In this document: one piece after another, positions 28,463 to 38,139 of the stretch
Numbering within the stretch: position 1 is the stretch's first letter
Layout: each line of letters opens with the position of its first letter
NCBI GenBank assembly: GCA_965215505.1
Contig: OZ244065.1
Location: 4,224,001-4,288,000, forward strand
DNA from: Capsulimonadaceae bacterium
Lineage (GTDB): Bacteria; Armatimonadota; Armatimonadia; Armatimonadales; Capsulimonadaceae
Length of the DNA stretch: 64,000 nt
Reading direction: 5' to 3'
Notes under the pieces: model-generated
What the model was told of the DNA's origin: nothing
The model's input: only the letters and a program-made list of their open reading frames with translations
Databases searched by the model: none
Program-made: the position numbers and the translations under genes

Positions 28463-29776
28463 TTATTCTGTAGCGACGAATGATGAGCTTTGTGCGTACA
28501 TTGAGTCTGCGTTATATTCCGCCTGTGTCGGCTCAGTTATGTCATCAGACATATATGCCTCACCCAAGAACAACCAGCCTGCTCCACTATAGTAATCTAT
28601 TGTTTGTCCGGTATCTGTTGGAGTGCCTTCAGCAAGGATGCGAACTGCATGTGGAATATCTGCCCAACCGGTGATACCGGGATCAGTCACAGCAAGATGA
28701 AGGTGATATTCTCCTCTATTTAATCTACTCGGCAATTCAACTGTTCTGGCGAGACAAAACGGTCCTGCGGCATGAACGGGCGTAAATCCTCTGTCATGAC
28801 CAGGGCTAAAGAGTCCTAATTGTGCTCCAAACAAATCAGTGATACGCGCCTCCATTTCAATCCGCATTGGTTGAGCAAGTTCACCATGTATTACAATACT
28901 GAGTGTTTGTTGTCCCGCCCTAAGATTAGTGCGATCACTGCTGGAATTATTGACAAGGATTGAATCAATTTTTACATCTTCGTGTACTGTGGTGGCATGA
29001 AGAGCAATCGATGATTGGCTTGATGATGCGCTAAGGTACTCATTTACACCTTGTTCTACTGAGCCACTATGAACTACTTTGCCAAACCTCAGTACTAGGC
29101 TCTTGTTACACAGTTGACGTACTGCCGCCATATTGTGGCTCACGAACAGCACAGTTCGCCCGCTCTGCGCCACGTCCTGCATCTTCCCCAGGCACTTCTT
29201 CTGGAACTCGGCGTCCCCCACCGCCAGCACCTCGTCCACGATCAGGATCTCGGGGTTCAGGTGGGCGGCCACGGCGAAGGCTAGACGGACGTACATGCCC
29301 GACGAGTAGCGCTTGACCGGGGTGTCCAGGAACTGCTCGACCCCGGAGAAGTCCACGATGGCGTCGAACTGCCGGGCGATCTCGGCCCGGCTCATGCCGA
29401 GGATCGCGCCGTTGAGGAAGATGTTCTCGCGGCCGGTCAGCTCGGCGTGGAACCCGGTCCCGACTTCCAGCAGGCTGCCGACGCGGCCGTAGAGGTCGAT
29501 GCGGCCCGAGGTCGGCTCGGTGATGCGCGAGAGGATCTTGAGCAGGGTGCTCTTGCCCGCGCCGTTGCGCCCGATGATGCCCACCACGTCGCCCTTCTGG
29601 ATGTCGAAGGAGACGTCGTTCAGCGCCCAGAACGTCTCGCGCTCCTCGCGGGCGAACGGGTGGCGCAGGCGGTGCATCAGGGCCTCGCCCGCCGTCGTGT
29701 GCTTGGCGGCGTTCTTCGCGATGGAGTAGGACTTGGACAGGCCGCGCACGGAGACGGCGACATCATTAGAGGGCAA
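28463..29776 (-). CDS. wzt: Polysaccharide ABC transporter ATP-binding protein with C-terminal Wzt_C-like domain
   Basis: GRNGAGKST, YSSGMYVRLAF, IVDEVLAVGD; TTG start 29776 after AGGAGAG. Confidence 0.9.
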   Translation of the reverse strand: MPSNDVAVSVRGLSKSYSIAKNAAKHTTAGEALMHRLRHPFAREERETFWALNDVSFDIQKGDVVGIIGRNGAGKSTLLKILSRITEPTSGRIDLYGRVGSLLEVGTGFHAELTGRENIFLNGAILGMSRAEIARQFDAIVDFSGVEQFLDTPVKRYSSGMYVRLAFAVAAHLNPEILIVDEVLAVGDAEFQKKCLGKMQDVAQSGRTVLFVSHNMAAVRQLCNKSLVLRFGKVVHSGSVEQGVNEYLSASSSQSSIALHATTVHEDVKIDSILVNNSSSDRTNLRAGQQTLSIVIHGELAQPMRIEMEARITDLFGAQLGLFSPGHDRGFTPVHAAGPFCLARTVELPSRLNRGEYHLHLAVTDPGITGWADIPHAVRILAEGTPTDTGQTIDYYSGAGWLFLGEAYMSDDITEPTQAEYNADSMYAQSSSFVATE

Positions 29777-31037
29777 GGCGGCTCTCCTTTCCAGGTCCGG
29801 CAAACCTCCACTGCGACTTGGGCACACGGTTCATAAACGGGGCTTCAAAGAGGTTAAAGAACAAAAACGCGATGCCGACGATGAAAGCAAAGCCGAAGGT
29901 ATCCAGGATCAGGAACCGGGCCGGCCCCGCAATATGCAGCACCTTTTTCAGCAGTTCGCTGACATAAAAGATCGTGTTCTGATGGATCAGAAAGATGCTG
30001 TACGAGATCGTGCCGAGCCAGACCACCCCCGTGCTCTCGAAAGGTTTCTTCAGGGGCGTCAGGGAGCCACACAGAGCGACAAGTGCGCCAGCGAAAGCCA
30101 CCGCAAGCAGCAGATCACGGATAGGTAAAAAAGCAAGCGATTTTGGCATGTCAGCCAGGGCAACGGCATAGACCACGAGGCCCACCGCCAGCATTGCCGA
30201 CCCGGTCCGGGCACTATAGGGCGCATCGGCGTGGATGGTGCGGGCAACGATCCAAGCGGCTGTCATCCCGGCGGCGAACTGCATCCAGCGGCCCAGGAAG
30301 AACACGGAGGGCAGGAACTGCATGATCCATGGGGAGTGCGCCGTCAGAACGCCCGCGACCACCCGGTAGATGATCGAGATCAGGGTCATGCCCGCCGCGA
30401 CCTTGATGCCATACCTCCGGTACGCGAGGACGACCAGCGGGAAGGCCACATAAAACTGTGCTTCCAGGCCCAGGGACCAGAAGGCCCCTTGGATGCCCGC
30501 CCATGTGTCTGCGAACAGAGTATGGATGAACAGCAGGTGGGTGACGTACTGCCAGAGCGAAGGCATATGCTGCCACTTGGCGGGCTGGTGCAGCAGACGA
30601 TAAACGCAGACCAACACGATGGGGAGCAGCGTGCAATAGACGATGGCCGCATAGTAGGGGGGGACGATGCGGTGTATCCGCCGCCTGGCGTAATCCTCCC
30701 AGGACCAGCCCGTGACCGACGCGGGCTTGATGCAGAGCGGCCAGAACAGGCAGAAGCCGCTGAGTACCATGAAGAGATCAACGCCCGCCGGGAAGCCCGC
30801 GAATACTGCCCCAAGACTAAAATGCCGCCCGAGGACGTGAGCGTCGAACCTCGGCGAGTTCCCGAACTCCCAGGTGTGGTAGCTGAACACCATGAACATG
30901 GCGAGCGCACGCATCCCATCCACCGCACGGATGCGCGGCTTCGTTCCAGGCACGGCGACGGAGACAGGAACGTCTAGATGCTCATGCCGAGGCAGGGTTG
31001 CCGCTGTTGATGGGAGGGTTGGAAGTTCAGATGACAT
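29766..31037 (-). CDS. Acyltransferase-3 (OafA-like) membrane O-acyltransferase
   Basis: DGMRALA, GVDLFMVLSGF, WSLGLEAQFY, LGTISYSIFLIH. Confidence 0.9.
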   Translation of the reverse strand: MSSELPTLPSTAATLPRHEHLDVPVSVAVPGTKPRIRAVDGMRALAMFMVFSYHTWEFGNSPRFDAHVLGRHFSLGAVFAGFPAGVDLFMVLSGFCLFWPLCIKPASVTGWSWEDYARRRIHRIVPPYYAAIVYCTLLPIVLVCVYRLLHQPAKWQHMPSLWQYVTHLLFIHTLFADTWAGIQGAFWSLGLEAQFYVAFPLVVLAYRRYGIKVAAGMTLISIIYRVVAGVLTAHSPWIMQFLPSVFFLGRWMQFAAGMTAAWIVARTIHADAPYSARTGSAMLAVGLVVYAVALADMPKSLAFLPIRDLLLAVAFAGALVALCGSLTPLKKPFESTGVVWLGTISYSIFLIHQNTIFYVSELLKKVLHIAGPARFLILDTFGFAFIVGIAFLFFNLFEAPFMNRVPKSQWRFAGPGKESRLAL

Positions 31038-31893
31038 CGGCGAACCTCCTTTCCATCTTCTTGAACGAGAACGCGCCGCCGAGGAAGACGAGGGCGGTCA
31101 CGCCCGCCGAGTAGCCGACCTGGGCGATGTCGAGGTGGCCCGTGCCGAGCAGGGACCAGCGGAACGCCTCCAGCAGCCCGGAGAGCGGGTTGAGGAAGTA
31201 GACGAAGCGCAGGTGGGGCGGCACGGCGGACACGGCGTAGGCGATGGGCGAGGCGTACAGGAGGAACTGAGTCAGGACCGGCAGGACGTACTGGACGTCG
31301 CGGTAGGTGACGGTCAGGGCGCTGGTGTAGAGGCCGACGCCGACGGACAGCAGGATGATGAGTGCGAGCCAGACCGGCAGCAGCAGCAGGCCCAGGCCCG
31401 GCACGACGTGGTAGGCGACCATCAGGACCACCATCATCGCAAGGGCGACGGCGAAGTCAATGAGGGTCGAGAAGACGGTGGACAGCGGCAGGACCAGGCG
31501 CGGGAAGTAGACCTTGGAGACGAGGTTTGCGTTCGCCACCAGGCAGCCGCTCGTCTTGGTGAGGGTCGAGGAGAAGGCGTTCCAGGCCAGCAGCCCGGCG
31601 AAGGAGAAGACGAAGTACGGGAGGCCGTCGGACGGGAGCTTGGCGACCTTGCCGAAGACGAACGAGAAGATGCCCGCCGCCAGGAGGGGCTGGAGCAGCA
31701 CCCAGAGCGCGCCGAGTGCTGTCTGCCGGTAGCGCAGCTTGACGTCGCGCTGGGCGAGGGTGGTCAGCAGGTCGCGGAACTGCCACAGCTCGCGCAGGTT
31801 GATGGCCTGCCACCCCGCCGTGGGCTGGATGGTGAGGTAGGGCCGCGCGGGCGCTGCCGTTTCGGGGATGCGGTTTTCAAGCGTGCTGGGCAT
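31027..31893 (-). CDS. wzm: Polysaccharide ABC transporter permease
   Basis: RDVKLRYRQTALG..W..LQP, KVYFPR, NPL, FADVI. Confidence 0.9.
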   Translation of the reverse strand: MPSTLENRIPETAAPARPYLTIQPTAGWQAINLRELWQFRDLLTTLAQRDVKLRYRQTALGALWVLLQPLLAAGIFSFVFGKVAKLPSDGLPYFVFSFAGLLAWNAFSSTLTKTSGCLVANANLVSKVYFPRLVLPLSTVFSTLIDFAVALAMMVVLMVAYHVVPGLGLLLLPVWLALIILLSVGVGLYTSALTVTYRDVQYVLPVLTQFLLYASPIAYAVSAVPPHLRFVYFLNPLSGLLEAFRWSLLGTGHLDIAQVGYSAGVTALVFLGGAFSFKKMERRFADVI

Positions 31894-31939
31894 ACGGTGA
31901 CATTATACCATAGGTCGGCGGGCGCGGGCCGGGGGCCGG

Positions 31940-33160
31940 TTACAGGTGCGAGAGCGTGCCCAGGACGGACAGCGCGCCCAGGGAGGACAGGACGGAGCCG
32001 ATGCCCTGGGGGTGGCCGCGCTGCTGGACGTACAGGATGTCGCCGTTTTGCAGGTTCAGGTCGACGACGTTGTTCTTGCCTTTCAGCAGGTCGTCCGTGT
32101 TGACCACGAGGACTGTCGCCTTGCCGTCGGCCGTGCGGCGGACGATGTCCACGTTCTTCTTGTCACCCTCGGAGGTGACGCCGCCGACCTGAGCCAAGGC
32201 GACGGTCAGGGGCAGGGTCGCGCCGTCCGGAATGGGGATGACGCCCTTGGTCCCCACCTCCCCCAGCGCGAGGATGTGGGCTTCGTTGGTGGGGACCAAC
32301 AGCACATCGCCGGGCGCGAGCCGGATCTTACCGGCGGGGGCGTTCAGGTCGCTGGTCAGTAGGGGGCGCAGGTTGTAGACCGTCACCGCGCCGCCGTGCT
32401 TGAGCTGCACCTGGGTCAAGGCGGCCTTGGGCGTGGGGCCGGCCTGGGTGATGACGGAGAGCAGGGAAGCGCCGTCCGCCTTGACGTCATAGGCACCGGG
32501 GTGGGCGACCTCGCCGATCACCTGCACCTGGGCGACGGCGTCGCGCGGGGTGAGGAACAGGATGTCGCCCGGCGCGAGCGGGAGGTTCTGGGATGTGTCC
32601 GCGCCCGAGAGCAGGCGGGGCAGGTTGATGGGGACGCTGTCTTTGCCGCCGCCGGTGACAAGCATCGCCTGGGTCATGTCGGGGGCTGCCAGCGGGCCGC
32701 CGCTCTGGGCCAGCAGATCCAGCAGGTGCATGCCCTGGCGGTACTCGTACTGCCCCGCCGCCTTCGCGCCCGCGCCGAGGATGCTGACCTTGCGCGCCTG
32801 GCCCTGGCGCAGCGTGACGGTGACCTCGGGCTGGTTGAGCTGGTCGGACAGGCCGCGCGTCAGGGCGCGGCTGAGGCCGTCCACGGTCAGGCCCGCCGCG
32901 TGGACCTTGCCGACGACCGGGTAGTTGAAGGTGCCGTCGGGCAGGACGGTGACGCTGGCCTTGAAGTCGTCGTGGCCGCGCACGGAGATGTCGAGCTGGT
33001 CGTCGGGCGACAGGACGTAGGCCAGCGGGGTGGCGTTCGTCGTCGCGGCGTTCGCCGGCGCGGTCATCATTGGGGAGGCAGGTGCGGGCGTTTGTGCCCG
33101 GCCCGGCAGGGCGGAGAGGAGCAGCAGGGCCGCAACGGAGCTACTAAGGTGGCGTGTCAC
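31940..33160 (-). CDS. wza: Polysaccharide export protein with SLBB domains (Wza-like)
   Basis: Signal peptide; YVLSPDD.L.I, VLPDGTFNYPVVG..AAGLT (PES motif); three SLBB repeats. Confidence 0.85.
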   Translation of the reverse strand: MTRHLSSSVAALLLLSALPGRAQTPAPASPMMTAPANAATTNATPLAYVLSPDDQLDISVRGHDDFKASVTVLPDGTFNYPVVGKVHAAGLTVDGLSRALTRGLSDQLNQPEVTVTLRQGQARKVSILGAGAKAAGQYEYRQGMHLLDLLAQSGGPLAAPDMTQAMLVTGGGKDSVPINLPRLLSGADTSQNLPLAPGDILFLTPRDAVAQVQVIGEVAHPGAYDVKADGASLLSVITQAGPTPKAALTQVQLKHGGAVTVYNLRPLLTSDLNAPAGKIRLAPGDVLLVPTNEAHILALGEVGTKGVIPIPDGATLPLTVALAQVGGVTSEGDKKNVDIVRRTADGKATVLVVNTDDLLKGKNNVVDLNLQNGDILYVQQRGHPQGIGSVLSSLGALSVLGTLSHL

Positions 33161-35292
33161 TTGTCGTCCTCCTCGCCGTCGGGGCCCGAGGGCAGCAGGG
33201 CGCGGCCCTTGCCGCGCTCGCCGTCGCTCTTGCCCTCAAGGGCGGGGCTGGTGTACTGGTAGTTGTAGTAGTAGTAGCCCTCGCCGTCGTGGGCGCGCAT
33301 CTTGTTGTAGGCGACGCCGAGCATGGTGGCGCGGGCCTGCTTCAAGAGCTGCATGGTGCGCCGGGCCGCGCCCTTCTTGGTCGCGCCGGTCTCGACCACC
33401 ATGATCGTCCCGTCCATCTGGGAGGCCAGGATGACGGCGTCGGCGGCGGCCAGGACGGGCGGGCTGTCGAAGATGACGATGTCGGCGAGCGCCATCAGGT
33501 CGTCCACGAGGTTTCGGAACTTGCGCGAGTTCAGCAGCTCGCCGGGGTTCGGCGGCGTGGAGCCTGCGGTCAGGACGGACAGGCCGGGCATGATCTCGTG
33601 CGGGGCCAGCGGGGTGTGCCCGAGCAGGACGTCGGTGAGGCCCGGCACGGGGGGCAGGTCGAGCAGCTTGTGCTGGGAGGGGCGGCGCAGGTCGGTGTCC
33701 ACGAGGAGGACCTTCTTGCCGTCCATCGCCATGGCGAAGGCGAGGTTGGCGGCGGTCGTACTCTTGCCCTCGCCGGGGCTGGCCGAGGTGACCATCAGGG
33801 TGCGGGCCGGCGCGTCCACGGTGGCGAAGTGGATGTTGGTCCGCAGGACGCGGTAGCTCTCCGAGGCGGGGTCGAGGCCCTGCATCTGCGGCAGCAGGTG
33901 GGCGTCGGCGGCGGTGAGGGCGGGGACGGAGCCGAGGGCGGGCAGGCCCAGCACGCGGGTGGCCTCGTCCACCGAGTTCAGGCGGTCGTCTAAGAACTCC
34001 TGCATCAAGGCGAGGCAGACGCCGACGAACAGGCCGATCAAGCAGGCGAAGAGGATGCTCTGCATCCGGTGGGGCCGGACGGGGGAGAGCGGGACGGCGG
34101 CGCTCTCGATGACGCGGGCGGCGGCGTGGTGGGCCTTCTCGCGCAGGTTGAGGTCGCCGAGCTGGTCGGTGAAGTTCTTATCCTGCTGCTGGGCCGAGTC
34201 GTGTTCGCGGGTCAGGCGGTCCAGGGTCAGCTCCAGGCCGGCGTACTGGCCGATGTTCCTCTTGGCCTCGGCGAGCCGCCGTGCTGTGAGCGCGCTCTGC
34301 GTTTGGAGCGGCGCGACTTGGGCGGTGAGGTCCACGATCTTGGCGCGCAGGGTCTCGCGCAGGGCGTCCGGGCCGGTGGTCTGGCTGGCCGCGAGTGTCG
34401 GCTGCTCGGCGAGGCGCTGCTTGAGGTCGGCGATCTGGGCGTCTATCGCCTTCACCTGTGGGGCGTTCGGGGTCAGGCCTCCCGGCTGGATCAGGCCGAC
34501 GCGGACGTTCTCGAGCTTGCGGACGTCGTCCTGGAGGCTGGCGATGACGCCGTTCGTGGTCTGAGTATGGACGGTGCTGGTGGCCGGCTCGTGGGCCAGC
34601 AAAGACCGGTTTGCCGCGATCTGGGCGCGCAGGGTGGCGAGGGCGGTCTGCTCCGCCTGAGACTCGTTGGTCAGGGCGGTGACGCGGGCGATCTGGTCGT
34701 CGCGGTTGCGGGTCAGTTCGGCCACATGATTCTTCTCTTTGAAGTTCCGCAGGGCCGTCTCGGTCGCCGTCAGCCGGTCGTGGGCGGCCTTGCCCTGCTT
34801 GACGACGAACTGGCGGGCGTTCTCCATCTCGCCGAGGCTCTGGTTGAGGTCCTGGTCGATGTAGAGCTTCAGCAAGGCGTTCGGGGCCGCCGCCGCCATC
34901 TTCGGGTCGTTCGACTCGCCCGTCACCTCGATGACGTTGGTGTCCTTGACGTTGGCGACGGAAAGCGAGGCCGGGCCGACCTGCTTCTCGACCTGGTCCA
35001 GCAGGGGGGCGGCTTGCAGCACCTCCACCTGGGTATCGACGGTCTGCTGCTGACTGAGCTGGAACAGCGACGACAGCGGGTTGCTGGAGTCCACCGTGTT
35101 CAGGTTGTAGGACGGCCCCTCGACGAGCATCTTGGCGCTCGACTGGTAGACGTTCTTCGCCATCAAGGCCTGGGCGACGCCGATCACGGCGATCAGCACG
35201 AAGGCTTGCAGGATGATCCAGCGCCTCCGCCGGAGGATCGCCAGATACTCCTGCAACGAGAAGCCCGCAGAAATATTTTCTTCCGGTTCCAT
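33157..35292 (-). CDS. wzc: Polysaccharide co-polymerase / BY-kinase (Wzc-like)
   Basis: GumC coiled coils; SASPGEGKST, DTDLRRP, DSPP, C-terminal YYYYNYQY cluster. Confidence 0.9.
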   Translation of the reverse strand: MEPEENISAGFSLQEYLAILRRRRWIILQAFVLIAVIGVAQALMAKNVYQSSAKMLVEGPSYNLNTVDSSNPLSSLFQLSQQQTVDTQVEVLQAAPLLDQVEKQVGPASLSVANVKDTNVIEVTGESNDPKMAAAAPNALLKLYIDQDLNQSLGEMENARQFVVKQGKAAHDRLTATETALRNFKEKNHVAELTRNRDDQIARVTALTNESQAEQTALATLRAQIAANRSLLAHEPATSTVHTQTTNGVIASLQDDVRKLENVRVGLIQPGGLTPNAPQVKAIDAQIADLKQRLAEQPTLAASQTTGPDALRETLRAKIVDLTAQVAPLQTQSALTARRLAEAKRNIGQYAGLELTLDRLTREHDSAQQQDKNFTDQLGDLNLREKAHHAAARVIESAAVPLSPVRPHRMQSILFACLIGLFVGVCLALMQEFLDDRLNSVDEATRVLGLPALGSVPALTAADAHLLPQMQGLDPASESYRVLRTNIHFATVDAPARTLMVTSASPGEGKSTTAANLAFAMAMDGKKVLLVDTDLRRPSQHKLLDLPPVPGLTDVLLGHTPLAPHEIMPGLSVLTAGSTPPNPGELLNSRKFRNLVDDLMALADIVIFDSPPVLAAADAVILASQMDGTIMVVETGATKKGAARRTMQLLKQARATMLGVAYNKMRAHDGEGYYYYNYQYTSPALEGKSDGERGKGRALLPSGPDGEEDDK

Positions 35293-35315
35293 CGCTCGTC
35301 AACTTCCCCTTACTG

Positions 35316-36728
35316 CTAATCCTCTAATGCAGGAACCGTGCCAAACCCCGCCTCGCCCGTCTGCCTCTGGTAGATCGCCCGGTGCGTTTCCAGGGCCTGA
35401 CTGACGAAGGCGCTCATCCGCTCGGCGAAGACGGCGCTGTCGAAGCGGGAGGCCTCGGCTTGAAGCTCCTCCGGGGCCACCCGCAGGGCCGCGACCGCCT
35501 GGAGCGCCTCGATCAATGCTTCGGGCGTCTGCTCGTCGAAAAATACCCCGGTCTTGCCCGCCGTCACCGTCTCCAGCGCCCCGCCGCGCCCGAAGGCGAC
35601 GACGGGCCGGCCGCTCGCCATGCACTCCACGGGCGTCAGGCCGAAGTCCTCCTCGCCGGGGAAGATCAGGGCGCGGCACCGGGCGTACTCGTGGGCCACC
35701 TGGGCGTCCGTCAGCCCGCCGAGGAACGTGATGGTGGGGCCGGCCATTCGGCGCAGCGCGCGGCACTCCGGCCCCGTCCCGATAATCCGCAGGGGGGCCT
35801 GGAGCCGGTTGCAGGCCTCGACCGCCAGGTCAATGCGCTTGTACCCGACGAGCCGCGAGACGACCAGGAAGTGGCCCCCGATCTCGCCGGCGGGGGCGGG
35901 CGTGAAGCGCGCGGTCTCGACCGGCGGGTAGATGACGGCGTCCACCTCCCGGCGGTAGTACTTGCGGATGCGCCCGGCGATGTTGTGGGAGTTTGCGACG
36001 AAGAAGTCCACGCGCTGGGCACTGTCAAAGTCGCGCCGGCGCAGGCCGCTGATCATCCCGCGCATCCACGGCTCCAGAAGCCGCGTCAGCCGGCTCTGCA
36101 TCAGATAGTCGTGCTGCCGCCAGGCGAACCGGGCGGGCGTGTGGCAGTAGCAGATGTGGCACGTCTCGGGGCTTGTGATCACGCCCTTGGCGAACGAGCT
36201 GGAGCTGCTGATGACCAGGCCGTAGGCGTTGAGGTCGAACTGCTCGAAGGCCAGCGCGTACAGCCCCAGGGCCAGTTTGTGGAATCTTCGCGAGGACAGG
36301 ACCGAGCGCTGCAAGAAGGAGGTCCGCACGTCCATCGCGGAGAAGCAGGGCAGCGTCGCCTTCGGGTCGTAGACCGAGGTGTAGACCGGCGCGGACGGGA
36401 ACAGGGCGTGCAGGGCGGCGACCACGCGCTCCGCGCCGCCCGACTGCGCCAGATAGTCGTGGACGAGGGCGGTCGCCTGCGCCGGTCCGGGCCAGGCGTG
36501 CGCCGCCGTCAGCGGGGACGACGGCGCGGCGGGGAAGACCGGCACGGCGGGCGACTGCTGGTAGCGGAAGTTGCCCGCGACGCTCCCCGGAAAGGCAGCC
36601 CGCTCGGCGACCTCGCAGGAGGCCGCCACGGACGGGCGCGGAAAACCTCCGTCATGCCCGGCGGCGCTGAGGCGACCTGACGCGGCGGGCGCTCGCTTAT
36701 TCCTGAATAGGTTAGTTCTGATTTTCAA
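35316..36728 (-). CDS. GT4 glycosyltransferase (WbaZ-like mannosyltransferase)
   Basis: HDYLAQSGGAERV, YCHTPAR, EEDFGLTPVECMASG; long N-terminal extension makes the start uncertain. Confidence 0.85.
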   Translation of the reverse strand: MKIRTNLFRNKRAPAASGRLSAAGHDGGFPRPSVAASCEVAERAAFPGSVAGNFRYQQSPAVPVFPAAPSSPLTAAHAWPGPAQATALVHDYLAQSGGAERVVAALHALFPSAPVYTSVYDPKATLPCFSAMDVRTSFLQRSVLSSRRFHKLALGLYALAFEQFDLNAYGLVISSSSSFAKGVITSPETCHICYCHTPARFAWRQHDYLMQSRLTRLLEPWMRGMISGLRRRDFDSAQRVDFFVANSHNIAGRIRKYYRREVDAVIYPPVETARFTPAPAGEIGGHFLVVSRLVGYKRIDLAVEACNRLQAPLRIIGTGPECRALRRMAGPTITFLGGLTDAQVAHEYARCRALIFPGEEDFGLTPVECMASGRPVVAFGRGGALETVTAGKTGVFFDEQTPEALIEALQAVAALRVAPEELQAEASRFDSAVFAERMSAFVSQALETHRAIYQRQTGEAGFGTVPALED

Positions 36729-36931
36729 GTGACCACATGGACTGGCGAAGGGTGTACGGCAGGACGGTTATCCCTGCAAGCGGCGGTCACGGAAAATGCC
36801 ATCCGTCGGCCCGAAGGCGGCTTTCGAGGGGCGGGTGAAAGGGATCGGGCAAGACGAAGGAAAGTCCGGAACACAGCCTGGTACGGGGGTGTTCACATCC
36901 GCTGTGTCCTGCTGGGCCTTGTACCACACTC

Positions 36932-36940
36932 ATTATAACA
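36932..36940 (-). promoter_or_regulatory. Extended -10 promoter candidate for the polysaccharide operon
   Basis: Minus strand TGTTATAAT in an AT-rich intergenic region. Confidence 0.5.
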
Positions 36941-37155
36941 CCAGAATCTCAAAAATCCTGAAAAGATTCGCGATTTTCTGCGGTATTCATATGCAATACT
37001 ACCAATGCAATTGTCATGCCAACAATGCGGATTCGTGCCCCTCCGACGAAAATAGCGGGAAAATGTTAAGGCCGTGTTAAGACGGGCTGGAACTCCGGCG
37101 GGTCTTCCGCGCCCTGCCCTTCCCTTCGCCGCCGCGTTTCAGGTACAATCCCCCC

Positions 37156-37653
37156 ATGAACGCGCTGATCCTGTTTTCCCACGGCTCCCTCCTCTGCGGC
37201 GCGGGCGAGGCGCTGGACGCCCACGCGGGCCGCCTGCGCCGGACGGGCGAATGGGACCGGGTCGCGGTCGGGTACATGAACTACTCGGAGCCGACCTTCG
37301 CCCAGTCCGTGGCCGAGTGCGCGGAGGCGGGGGCGACGCGCATCCTCGTCCTGCCCTTCTTCCTCGTTTCGGGCTATTTCGTCACAAAATCTTTGCCGGA
37401 ACAGGTGGAGGCGGCGCAGGCCGCCCATCCGGCCTTGGAGTTCACCGTCGCCGACGCCATCGGCTTCGACGCCGGGCTTGCCGACGCGCTCATCGCCAGC
37501 GCCCAGGACCCGCTCGGGCCGGACGAGTGGCGTGACGACCTCGCCGCCGCCGCGCGCGGCTGCCGCGCCCTCCCGGACTGCCCGCTGTATGCGACGCCGA
37601 ACTGCCCGCGCGTCCCCGCCCCGGACACGCCCGCGCGGCCGTTCGTGGAGTAG
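37156..37653 (+). CDS. CbiX/SirB-family chelatase domain protein with Cys-rich tail
   Basis: SHGS, GYMNYSEP, LPFFL; ends CRALPDCPLYATPNC. Confidence 0.8.
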   Translation: MNALILFSHGSLLCGAGEALDAHAGRLRRTGEWDRVAVGYMNYSEPTFAQSVAECAEAGATRILVLPFFLVSGYFVTKSLPEQVEAAQAAHPALEFTVADAIGFDAGLADALIASAQDPLGPDEWRDDLAAAARGCRALPDCPLYATPNCPRVPAPDTPARPFVE

Positions 37654-37673
37654 ACTTAGGAAGCAACCCTTCG

Positions 37674-38045
37674 ATGAAAACCGCCCTGCTCGTCATGGTC
37701 CACGGCTCGCCCCGGCCCGTCGCAAACGGCGACATGTTCCGCGTCGTGGAGGAAGTCAAGGCCCGCGCCGTCTTCGACCACGTCGCCGTCGGCTTCATGG
37801 AGTGCAACGAGCCGACCATCCCCGACGCCGTGGACGCCTGCGCCGCGTCCGGCGCGGAGCGCGTCGTCGCCGTCCCGTATTTCCTGCACACCGGGACCCA
37901 CGTCGCCGACGACCTGCCGACGCTGCTGGAAGAAGCGCGGGAGCGCCACCCGCACGTCCAGTTCCAGATGGGACGCTACATCGGCACCTCGCCGCTCCTT
38001 ACGGACATCCTCAGCGCCCGCGCCCATGCGGCGGTCGGCGGCTGA
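37674..38045 (+). CDS. cbiX: CbiX/SirB-family (CbiXS-like) sirohydrochlorin chelatase
   Basis: VHGSPRP, GFMECNEP, VPYFLHTGTHVADD. Confidence 0.8.
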   Translation: MKTALLVMVHGSPRPVANGDMFRVVEEVKARAVFDHVAVGFMECNEPTIPDAVDACAASGAERVVAVPYFLHTGTHVADDLPTLLEEARERHPHVQFQMGRYIGTSPLLTDILSARAHAAVGG

Positions 38046-38139
38046 AACAGACACACGGCAGCGCTGCCGCACGGCCCATGGGCCGTCTCCTGCAACAGAA
38101 CATCCCGCGAAACACGCAAGAAAGAAGCAAGACTCGCCC

